Source: Nemertoderma westbladi (Eukaryota; Animalia; Xenacoelomorpha). From it: 32,287 nt of DNA. Each line of letters opens with the position of its first letter. Positions within the stretch are counted from its first letter, which is position 1. The notes under the pieces were generated by a model that was not told the origin of the DNA, ran no database searches, and saw only the letters and a program-made list of their open reading frames with translations. Position numbers and translations under genes: made by a program. Below are positions 12,315 through 22,450 of this stretch, piece after piece. Location of the stretch: the NCBI GenBank assembly GCA_032718475.1, contig JAUCBJ010000060.1, positions 1 through 32,287 of the forward strand. Direction: 5' to 3'.

Positions 12315-14329
12315 CAGCCATTCCAGCGTAACGGTCGTGACATTCCGCATGGGTTTCCGGTATTAATGAGTATTCTAAGGGCACATGGAAGAATGATATT
12401 GAAAAGATATTACTATGATATGATCCTAAGATATGGACCTTTAATAAAATCGAAACCGCACTGGAATACATTACGTTTTATTGATTGTATTCCAGTTTAA
12501 AGTTGGCGTAACGGTCGTGACTGAAATGGACAAGCTTTTTAGAGACTCCTACACATTATAAATTTCTATCGAATTTACTGTACTTATTTAGCGTTACTTA
12601 TGTCAGACTAACATGTTAATAGATAGAGTTTAAAATGAAATTAACAGTATGGCAATATAGTATCATTAGAGAATGTGGCAATCAATTAACCAGCGTAACG
12701 GTCGTGACATAGTTTCGTAACGGTTGTGACATTATCGATTTTCACATAAATCTGAATTTCAAAAAATGGTTAGGTATTAGAGTTAGGTATTGCTATCGAT
12801 TTCAGGCAGGTTTTCTAGTACGCTGATTTTAATGGAAGGCTTTTTACATTCCGCAATTGAACACATCTACCATTTTTGGTGCTAAAATGAAAAGTGCAAG
12901 TAACCAGCATTTTTCAAATTAATGAAAACAACTAGACTTGTACTGTTGTAGGAGTGGTATTTATTTCAATTACATACAGGTTTTCTGGTGCGCTGATTTC
13001 AAAGGAGGGCTTTTTAAATTCCGCAGTTGAACACACCTACCATTTTTGGTGCTACAATGAAAAGTGCAAGTAACCAGCATTTTTCAAATTAGAGAAAACA
13101 ATAAGAATTGTAGGAATGGTATTTATTTCAATTACATACAGGTTTTCTGGTATGCCGATTTCAATGGAAGGCTTTTTAAATTCCGCAGTTGACTGGTTGA
13201 ACATACCTACCATTTTTGGTGCTAAAATGAAAAGTGCAAGTAAACAGCATTTTTCAAATTAGTGAAAACAACTAGACTTGTAGGAATGGTGTTTATTTCT
13301 ATTACATACAGGTTTTCTGGTGCGCTGATTTCAATGGAAGGCTTTTTAAATTCCGCAGTTGAATACACCTACAATGTTCGGTGCTAAAATGAAAAGTGCA
13401 AGAGTAAATAAACATAATTTTTCAAATTTTGCAGATTATATGTAAGCAGCCATACGTTCTACTGTTCTATGTAGTATTGTAAGCTGATATTTTGGTTATT
13501 ATGTGTACTACCTGATTACAGTATAAATATAATTACATCCCACTGCAGCAGTGGTATTATAAATGATACAAATTAATTTATACTGTATAATAATGATTCC
13601 TAAGTTTGTGTCACAACCGTTACGGTCATAAGTGCTCTTATGGCACATTATAGGTTAAGAAGAAACCTTTGTACACCTAATATTACAATTATCACTTTAA
13701 ATGTAATCTAAATGGAGAGTAAAAAAGACGACCTTTCGTTCCTTGAATTATACATGCTATGCTAATATTCCCATTTCCCACATGTTAATGTCACGACCGT
13801 TACGCTGATTACTACAACTGGAACATACAGTCAAGTTAAACTATATGGCTCAAACAATTGATACGAACCACCTAACGATAGATATAAAAGATTATAACCA
13901 TTACTGCAGGGGATATGGAGATATTGGAAAAACTTGTTCTTCAGCGTAACGGTCGTGACATATTTTCCATCCACTCATTACAATGCTATTAGAAAAATAT
14001 TTATTAGTTGTACATTATTTAACCGACATAGCTAATTACTACATAGATATAAGATTCTGAAAAACATATGGCATTGCCAGTTTGGTAATTATCATGCCAT
14101 TTTGGTTTGTATGTAATTATGCCAAAAATATTGAATTTTTGGCATTTTTTAAATCACATTTTGCGGACGCCGTAAAAAAAAATTGGCGAGGGTTATGGAA
14201 CATTTGAAAGCAGTTTTATGAAGCACAATATGTGTGCTACACACTCAATACAAAATAAATGCATTTCTAAGTACCGGTTCCGGTACTTTCATTTTTCACC
14301 AAAAGGTTTACTTTTGCTTGGAATGGCTG
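12315..14329. mobile_element. 2.0-kb non-autonomous TIR element, CAG...CTG ends, 4-bp TSD (TGTT)
   Basis: TGTT|CAGCCATTCCA...TGGAATGGCTG|TGTT. Seven copies of (CAG)CGTAACGGTCGTGACA: forward 12324, 12506, 12691, 12716, 13942; reverse 13609, 13788. No long ORF. Confidence 0.75.
12807..13428. repeat. ~165-bp tandem repeat, about 3.7 copies, inside the 12315-14329 element
   Basis: Units start CAGGTTTTCTGGTGCGCTGATTTCAATGGAAGGC at ~12807, 12977, 13139, 13309. Confidence 0.9.
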
Positions 14330-14650
14330 TGTTAGGGCTTTCAAAAGATATTGCAGAGTGAAAATCATATATTTTGTAAATATCCCGATCGGGATATATT
14401 GTGGTAGGCTAATCATGAGACATGAGATGATTCTATTTTTTTGTATAATGTATATATAAGTGTACCAATTGTACCATTACTGGATTAGGAGGGCAGCTGG
14501 GTAGAGGGTGGAGGGTGTGTGTCACTACTACTACTACCAGAACCAGACTACAAACAGACATACATAGACAGATAGAATACTGCAGTTTAGTGTGTAGTAC
14601 CGGTACTGTATCTGCCTACCAGGTAGTACCAGCCTACGTAGCCCTACTAT

Positions 14651-15108
14651 GAAATTTCAACAGTTTGTTACAGTACCGTATCCCATATAGGCTACAGCGC
14701 GAAGGTCTCTTAAACGTTTCAACAGATTGTTTCAGCAACAAACGTGCTGCACGAAGGTCTCTTAAACGTTTCAACATATTGTTTCAGTATCCAATGTGCT
14801 ACACGAAGGTCTCTTAAACGTTTCAATATATTGTTTCAGTATCCAAAGTGCTGCACAATGGTATCTTAAACGTTTCAATAGATTGTTTCAGTATCCAACG
14901 TGATGCATGAAGGTCTCTTACGTTTCAATAGATTGTTTCAGTATCTCACATACTGCGCCCAAAGGTCTCTTAAACGCATAGATTGTTTCAGTATCCAACG
15001 TGCTGCATGAATGTCTCTTACATTTCAATAGATTGTTTCAGTATCCAACGTGCTGCATGAAGGTCTCTTAAACGTTTCATCAATAGATTGTTTCAGTATC
15101 CAACGTGC
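14651..15108. repeat. ~52-bp minisatellite, 8-9 copies
   Basis: Unit GAAGGTCTCTTAAACGTTTCAATAGATTGTTTCAGTATCCAACGTGCTGCAT. Confidence 0.9.
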
Positions 15109-15324
15109 AGACGTGGGGTAAACCGGGGATAATCTGATAATGGTGAAATCTGGAAATGGTACCGACAGACCGAACTAGGCCTACTACTGTACTATAGTTT
15201 GTCAATATTATCTGATCAATATTTTATAGCCTCACTCAAAAAACACGATTTCTGTGAGATTTTTAAAAAAGTGGTTCGCTTAGTCCCCGCCCCCGGTTCG
15301 TTTAGCCCCATGTTACCCTACAAT

Positions 15325-16200
15325 CAGTGCTGCAGTGAATCAGTCAAGACCAGTCCACAGTCAGAGTCAGTCAGTGTCTGAGTGTCAGACTCTAGGTCTC
15401 AGTCAGTCTGTCAGTCAGCAGGTCAGTGACTGCCAGCTAATTGCCCTTCAGCCCTTAGACTGTTATTAGAGCTGTCAGGCTGTAGAGCCCTTACCAGTCG
15501 GGGAGAAGTTCTATTTTCAACTGAGTTGAAATTTAAACTTTATTTTTAAAAATTCAACTTTTTATTAAAATTCAACTTTTGGAGTAGAGTTTAAAATTCA
15601 ACTTTCTTTTAAAATTCAACTTTTGGAGTAGCTTTGGAGATACTGAAATAAGGAATTGGAATCCATTACTGGTATTCCATTGTATAATAATTATGACAAA
15701 CAGCGGTCATTTCATACATCTAATAAATTCCCGTAGTATTTCAGCTAATTTGCAAATGTAATCACTTAAAATGTTTTTAAAAAAAGTATTCCCGACGGTG
15801 AAAGTTTTTATTCCATCGGTAATGAGGGTTAATTTTTCGAGTTACATCCATAAAAACAATAAAAACACCCCTTCTGTGACGTCTTGGGGCCCTTCTGCGC
15901 CTCCTGCCATTTTAGAGTTGAATTTACAACTTAAAAGTTGAATTTTAAAAAAAAAGTTTTAAATTTCAACTCAGTTGAAATTTGAACTTCTCCCCGACTG
16001 CTTACAGCAGTACAGCCTTAGCAGCTTAGCCCTGCAGCCTGACCTGCTGTTAGCCCTGCTGCCCTGCCTGCCTGCACCGCACTTCCACTGCACCGTAGGC
16101 CTAGTACACCACTGCAAAACCGGTACTGGTAATGTAGCTTAAGACTCTTAGTTTGGTAGGTAGGTAGGTAGTTTGATAGGTAAAACTGTAAACAGGTAAA
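15325..16200. other. Second cluster of [5-mer]-CAG/CTG-[5-mer] motifs, on both sides of the 506-bp MITE
   Basis: CAGTG 15325, AGTGT 15373, TCAGT 15403, GTCAG 15414, CCCTT 15444, GCTGT 15471, TACAG 16003, CTTAG 16017, CCCTG 16054, GTAAA 16188, each duplicated around CAG or CTG. Confidence 0.75.
15495..16000. mobile_element. 506-bp MITE with ~50-bp TIRs, CAG...CTG termini and 5-bp TSD (CTTAC)
   Basis: CTTAC|CAGTCGGGGAGAAGTTCTATTTTCAACTGAGTTGAAATTTAAA ... AAATTTCAACTCAGTTGAAATTTGAACTTCTCCCCGACTG|CTTAC. Subterminal AAAATTCAACTTTT repeats (forward on the left, reverse on the right). Confidence 0.92.
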
Positions 16201-17077
16201 GGGTAAATCCAACTGTACAAAACGTCGCCGACTCCAACTGTTGCAATTATAATTAATTAGTTTCATAATTAAACTCAATGATTGTATTACACACTGTAGT
16301 GACAAATGATACTGAATAAATTGCTATCTACATATCTCTGCGCAGTATCAGCACCACGCTGGCAGAATGTATCCAGGGTAACAGAATTGTCAGGATATAA
16401 TCAATGATGCCATGGTTTCCCTAGTTACGGGATTGTTTTGGTGAGAATGAAGCTGATTCCACAAGTTGAAGCAACTAACCTTGCTTACTAACATCCCTCC
16501 CTCTAGTATAGTAAGGTGCCTTGCTGCCTCTCTGAGAGGGCATACGGCACCCCTAATAATTTATGACAAATACATACAGAGAGCAGCGGTTGTTGATGGA
16601 TTGGCCTTGTAAAAATGTTTGGCAGTAACTGCCCCTTGTGTTAGAATACACTCCTAGAGAGAACAGCCAATGAATGGGCACTGTGGGTGTGGGTTGATTC
16701 ATATTTAGTGTAATCCAAACTGAATAATATTGCAATACAAAGGAATTTAGCGTTAATACAAAGCCATAGTCTGATAGTACATAATTTATAGTAGAAATAA
16801 GAAATCTGATCTGATTCTCTAATAATGTCAATTAGGACATGATAAAATATTAAGTAATCTGGCCTGTCCGTCCGGACCATGTCAGCATGTGGCGTGTTTC
16901 ACTTTTGGTCAAGGGGTTTTAATTTTTTTTTGTTTGGGGGGGGGGGGGGGGGGGGGGGGGCGATGTAAAGAACAGAAAAAATGTATGCTTACATGTTTAC
17001 GGACTGCTTTACTAAAATATTACAGTTTATGGAATAAAATGAAGTGTGTAATATAAAGACAGGTCAGCAGGTAGAAG

Positions 17078-17205
17078 TCAAAGGAGAGAGAGATTATCTG
17101 TCCATAAACGTCAAAGGAGATAGTGAGTCTCTGTCCCTATTGACAAAGTATAGAGGCCTTGTCGTCCCTAAACATCAAAGGAGAGAGAGAATCTGTCCCT
17201 ACAGT
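17078..17205. repeat. Degenerate ~33-bp tandem repeat, about 4 copies
   Basis: Recurring TCAAAGGAGAGAGA..ATCTGTCCCTA. Confidence 0.55.
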
Positions 17206-17699
17206 ATAACGACAAAGGTCCTTGCTTGTAACAAAAAGACCCAATGGTCCAAATTAATATTTATTTTTATAGTTAAGAGGATTACTTGTCAGCTTGTAGT
17301 CTATAAAAAAATAAAATTGATAACTTTTGCAAATATCCAAAATGTATTATTTCATCAAATCTGTCTGTAACGTTTTAAGTATTCTTTCTGTACGGCCTAC
17401 GTCAATAATGCTGCAAAATACGCATTTCCAGAAATGTTATTCTGTAACAAAAACAACACAATGAATTGAGAGATTTTATTACCACCATTACCAGTCATTA
17501 CCACCATTATCACCACCATTATCAGTCAGGTCAGGTCCCCAGATCCTGCTACTGTACCACTATGGAAGTAATGTGGTACTACTGTACCTGTAGCTGTCAG
17601 CCCAGTAGGGCAGGCCCGATAAGCACTATTCATTATTTAAGAGTGGGTTGATAAGCCCCGTCAACTACTGTAAATAAGTCATTGAGGGCTACTGTATAG

Positions 17700-18791
17700 C
17701 GCCTAGGGCACCATTGAAGGCAAAGGCAGTACGCATCTGCAATGATACACGCCCCACTCTGTCTATACTGGATGCTCCTCTACCAGTGTTAGTTAACCTA
17801 ACCCAGGAGGCACACTTGGTTCAGGGTGTAACAAATGGACCCCTACAGTCGGCAGCAGGGCTGTAGGCCATGGATAGGCGGAAGGTAATCAACCAACGGC
17901 TAGACATGCTGACAAGGTCGGCGGAAGGTAATCAACCAACGGCGATCTACTGCGAAGACGCTTGTAGGAGTTGCGACCACAAGCGGTTTACTCCCGCAAC
18001 TGAAAGATATGAGTATGAGAACCCTCCAGGAGAAATACCGGCTCGGTCGTCGCCCGGGTCAACAAGGACCGCGTCCCCCAGTGGTACACCAGGCTGGGGT
18101 CGATAAATTGGCTACTGGAACAGAAGACCGAGAAGAAAGAAGAACCAACCTGTTGAAATGTAAAAAGACACTAAAGATTGCTACAATGAACGCACGCACG
18201 CTGAAAGCACATACCAAACAGGGTGACATGGTCGCTCTGGCAATGGAATATAACATCGACATCATCTGCATCCAAGAACATCGGATTTGTCATGAAGACA
18301 CTGCCATGAAGTACAATGACATTGGAAATGGATGGACGTTAGTAACAAGCTCAGCAGTAAGAAACTCGGCCAATGCAGCAATTGGTGGAGTAGGAATTCT
18401 GCTAAGCCCATTTGCACTTAAGACCCTAAACAACATCGAATCTATAAATTCCAGGGTTATGATCGCAACATTTGATGGGAATCCCAAGGCAACAGTTATA
18501 TGTTGCTACAGTCCAACCAATGCCTCAGAGCCAGAACAAGCAGTCAAGTTTTATGAAGAACTGACTGGACTTATAAAGGACATTCCGAAACACAATGTTA
18601 AAGTCATTGCTGGTGACCTGAATGCCCAAATTGGCCCAGAAGACATCAAGGGTTACACCTATAACACCAGTTCTAACAGAAATGGGTACTTACTTTTAGA
18701 CCTAATGGAAGAATGTGAATTGATACCAACAAACAACAGATTCGAAAAGAGTAAGGGGAAGCTATGGACCTTTCAATACCCTAATGGAACC
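17700..18791 (+). mobile_element. 5' portion of an RTE-like non-LTR retrotransposon (putative 5'UTR plus APE endonuclease), 3'-truncated
   Basis: GC-richer leader followed by the endonuclease ORF. Homology stops at WTFQYPNG where another repeat begins. No reverse transcriptase in the window. The 5' boundary is approximate. Confidence 0.7.
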
Positions 18792-18806
18792 TGTTCGCGC
18801 TTTTAG
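18009..18806 (+). pseudogene. Truncated LINE APE/EEP endonuclease domain
   Basis: Motifs KIATMNARTL, IDIICIQEHR, GGVGILLS, CCYSPTN, AGDLNAQIG, NRNG, LWTF. The terminal LDY and SDH motifs are missing. Confidence 0.88.
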
Positions 18807-19900
18807 ACCTTTGGCAGTTTAACCCGCCAGATTATGATGTCTTCTAGATATTAAACCGCTTTTTAGCCTATGACAAGTATTTGAGCGATTAATTACCGAT
18901 ACCGTTACTCGGTGTAACGTGATATATATACAATATATTAGAATACCGGTATGCTTATAGTATATATATAAGTATTATTACAGACTAGATTTGTCACAGA
19001 GTACCGGTATATAATTTTAGCACAAATATATATAAATATATAATAGGCCTATCGTGAATACCGGTATGAAGCTTACACTTATAGTATATAAGTATAATTC
19101 TGGACTAGAATTAATTACAGAGTACCGGTATGATTTCAGCCTAAATTTATCGAATAAATATAATAAGCCTATTGTAAATACCGGTATGTCAATTATTTTA
19201 AAATAATTGAATTTCTGAATGTTAGGGGTTACTTGGTTACTTTACTTACTTTATTGCCGTTATTTAAGCAGTAGTCCAACTGATATGGAGACCTAGTTGT
19301 TGTATGGCAGGCCTACTATTTATAAATCGTTTGAGTTGATTTATAATATTTATATACCCGTTTAAAATGGGTTTTGTCAATATTTGAAATAAATGTTATT
19401 ATTTCTGGGAAGTAATCACTACACAAAAGCTGTGCGCTCTCAGTGAAGTGCTACTTATTAGACACTAAAACAGATAATTCTAATTTACCTAAGTTACTTA
19501 ATACTACAAATTATTTACGATACGGGTGAGATTAAATCTCTAATTAAACACAACAAAATATTACGTACGAATTTTTAGGGTAATTTTTCAGGAAGTCTAC
19601 AAACCAGTCTAACAAAGGGTTAGAATTCTGGTTATTACAACGGACAGGGTACTACGGTATTTGAAAATAATAAGTAGTAGTAAATACACTGCGTTGTCCA
19701 GATAGGAAAATACCACCGCCTGACGACCTATAACCGTATCGCTATAGGTACTACGTTATGTATCACGGATTGTTCCTACCTAGAAGTTAATTACCGCGGA
19801 CTACCAGATCCAGCGTGCCTATTAACCACTTTACAACACAAATATACTGCCTACACACTAATTACTTCGGAAAGCACTGTACACTAAACCCTAAATTAGG
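18792..19900 (+). repeat. Diverged copy of the repeat family starting TGT(T/A)CGCGCTTTT
   Basis: TGTTCGCGCTTTTAGACCTTTGGCAGTTTAACCCGCCA (18792) vs TGTACGCGCTTTTGGAAGACCTTTAGCAGTTTAACCCGCCA (21076). Includes ~120-bp internal repeats with TACCGGTAT (18940-19190). The 3' boundary is uncertain. Confidence 0.55.
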
Positions 19901-20162
19901 TACAAGTACTGGTACAACAAATAATCAGTAGTTAAATATACTTGAACAGTTAAAAGAACCACGGCATCTGCTGGAGTGACCGAAGCACAAAGTCACCAGT
20001 CTTTTCCTACGCCAAGCAGCCCGTGTAGTACCGGGGTTAATTTAACTATAACGGTATGTGTAACAAACACAATTACTGTAGGAATAAACTTGGGGACATG
20101 AATGTTGCGAATAATCGCATAAACTCTGAATAATAAATATTACGCTACCCGTACAGAATACT

Positions 20163-20706
20163 CAAACAAATACAAACCAAAACGCTGGCAGACTACCACC
20201 AAGCCTAAATAAACTACCGTACGTGTAGATTCTGAAATAGTTAGTTAGTATGCGTTCTAACACGGTAGTACGACTTATTCTTTAAGAGGGGATTGACCTT
20301 ACCGCTATGACTGCCCCAACTTACTAACTGGCACTTTATCAGACAAACTCTACACAAGCAGCAATCTCTTCAGACCTAATAATAGCTAGACAACAATCCA
20401 GCCTACAAAATATCTGAGTAATAACTATTACGGTATCTGAACAGACTACACAAACAAACACAGGCCAAAACGCTGGCAGAATACTGTCAAGCCTAAAATA
20501 AACTACAGTATGTGCAGATTCCAAAATTGTTAGTTAGTATGCGTTCTTAACACGGTAGTACGACTTATTCTTTAAGAGGGGATTGACCTTACAGCGATGG
20601 CTGCCCCAACTTACTAACTGGCACTCTATCGGACAAACTCTACACACGCTGTAATCTCTCCAAACCCAACAACAATCCGACAACAGTCCGGCCTACAATT
20701 ATCTGA
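20163..20706. repeat. ~290-bp tandem duplication (2 copies)
   Basis: AAACGCTGGCAGA at 20179 and 20468; CACGGTAGTACGACTTATTCTTTAAGAGGGGATTGACCTTAC identical in both copies. Confidence 0.9.
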
Positions 20707-20883
20707 ACAATCTGAGCAGACTTACACGTCTTCAGCTCAATATTAACTTACTAGGAAATAAAACTGACAGAAATAAGTTAAGTAAACTATACAAAAGAAT
20801 GAGGGGTGATCAATCCCTATTCCCCTGGCAGCCTACAATATACTATAGATCACAATCGAAATAATACTAATGTACTTGTACTG

Positions 20884-21010
20884 GAAGTACCGGTTAGGAC
20901 AGTTGGGCCTACGGACCTACAGAAGTACCGGTTCTGGCAGTTGGACCTACGGACCTACAGCAGTACCGGTTCTGGCAGTTGGGCCTACTGACCTACAGAA
21001 GTACCGGTTC
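20884..21010. repeat. ~38-bp minisatellite, about 3.3 copies
   Basis: Unit GAAGTACCGGTTCTGGCAGTTGGGCCTACGGACCTACA. Confidence 0.85.
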
Positions 21011-21075
21011 AGGTTTACCGGTTGACCGGTACTTTCAACTTTATTGCTTACTGCAATAAAGTCAATGACTGTTAT

Positions 21076-21860
21076 TGTACGCGCTTTTGGAAGACCTTTA
21101 GCAGTTTAACCCGCCAAAATTTATATGTCTTTTGGTTTATAAATATACTTTAGAAGATGACAAATATTTAATACCAATAAACACAACATTAGCAGAAGCC
21201 AGCCTAGTGCGCGTCCATTCACCCGCTGGATAATCCCGGGAGACTGGATTCTGAGGGCTTAAATTATTATTGCAGTGAAGCTTACTGTATTGTATTATTC
21301 GATTGATCGTTAATAATTAATTTCTGACTAATATTATTCACTTTCGGGAAATATTAACAGTTCCTTTAGGACGTGGCGCTCTATCTAAGTAAACCGAGAT
21401 ATGACTTATACTAATCACAACGGTAAGTCGGTAAGGCTTAAGATTCACGTATGAGGCGCATTCTTTAGGAAATGCTTAGTTATCAATCACAATCATGCAC
21501 ACTACCGGTAACACACAATACTGCTCACTAATTTGCCGACCGTCAATGAATTTTATCATATATAGAGAGAACAGCAACGGACCAATGTAGTGCTTATCAA
21601 ATAGCATTAAATTCACTACAAACCACAATAATATAAGTCGCAATCGCTATATATAACCCGTCTCTCTAACCTGTAGTGTATCAAGAAAATTGGGAAATTT
21701 GGGTTCTTTATATATGTTCTCCAAATAATATTCAACCAAAACACAACAGTAAACAGCATTAGGACGGTAAGTTAAGATATGATATGACAAGATGTGAACA
21801 AAGTATTGTTATGCATTGATATGAATCGATAACAGTCATACGCTCTATAATTTAAGCCTA
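21076..21860 (+). repeat. Copy of the dispersed repeat family related to 1-730 and 18792-19900
   Basis: Shares its 5' ~100 bp with 18792 and collinear words with 1-730. Confidence 0.6.
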
Positions 21861-22450
21861 CTAATGTTTCTTCTAAAAGTATGAAACGAATTGACTCTAG
21901 AGCCGTTGTTTCTGGCCTAGACAGCAATAACAACAAAGTATCAAGTAAGAACAGTAAGACTGAACACTCTCCTTATGATCGGCCGAAAAGCTACACGTCG
22001 ACAGGAAAAATCGCTCTGATTGGCTCAAGCCAAACAAAGAACCATGCGTCCAATGGCTGTTTCCATGTCAGCAACCGGCTGTTAGATGTCGTAATATGAA
22101 TCATCACGGCCAAGCTGTGAAAGGCATTTGGTGCATTGCAGGTTTTTTGCCTTCTATGTCCGCTAAAACACGTATATAGCAGAATGACTTTTATGTCCGT
22201 TAAAACACCTGTAACGGTACCTTGCGGGCGAGGGGAATATATGTACAGTTAGAGAACCCTTTTAGAGTATTCCAGCGCCTGGGGGGAAACTGGATTGCGA
22301 AGCAAAAGGGGCCAGTTCTATCCCACAGAAGCTTTTACAGTTTTCGTGCTGTGGTCACTTTCTGGCACACATCTCCACATTATTTTTCGTGTTAAAATTT
22401 TCAAAAGTTTTTATGGCTCACTAAAATTAATTTATTTGCGGTATATAGAA

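Larger units (their letters stand above)
12119..14400. mobile_element. Remnant of a non-autonomous element carrying the palindrome ATATCCCGATCGGGATAT; host of the 12315-14329 insertion
   Basis: Palindrome at 12152, 12174 and 14380, with a variant at ~12130. Starts TAGGGTTCCC (hAT-like), but no matching right TIR was found. Confidence 0.4.
8789..15318 (-). mobile_element. pogo-superfamily (Fot-like, DD35D) DNA transposon with nested insertions
   Basis: Imperfect TIRs GGGTAACATAGGGCTCGACGAACCG (8789) / CGGTTCGTTTAGCCCCATGTTACCC|TA (15318); the left flank reads TT rather than TA. Related subterminal motif GGGGTGAAACGAACCA in either orientation at ~8975, 8998, 9070, 11806, 11846, 15272. Encloses the transposase pseudogene. 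Confidence 0.72.

Noticed and set aside
14651-15108. CRISPR-like appearance of the short tandem arrays and the dispersed 16-mer at 12324-13960
   Set aside because: No unique spacers of regular length, no cas genes, and the context is eukaryotic with spliceosomal introns.
17700-17880. HDV-like ribozyme at the LINE 5' end (GGGCACCATTGAAGG resembles the start of some such ribozymes)
   Set aside because: I could not find complementary P1, P3 and P2 strands in the required order.
18792-21180. Intact LTR retrotransposon bounded by the 18792 and 21076 direct repeats
   Set aside because: The repeats are strongly diverged, with no gag/pol ORF and no convincing PBS or TSD.
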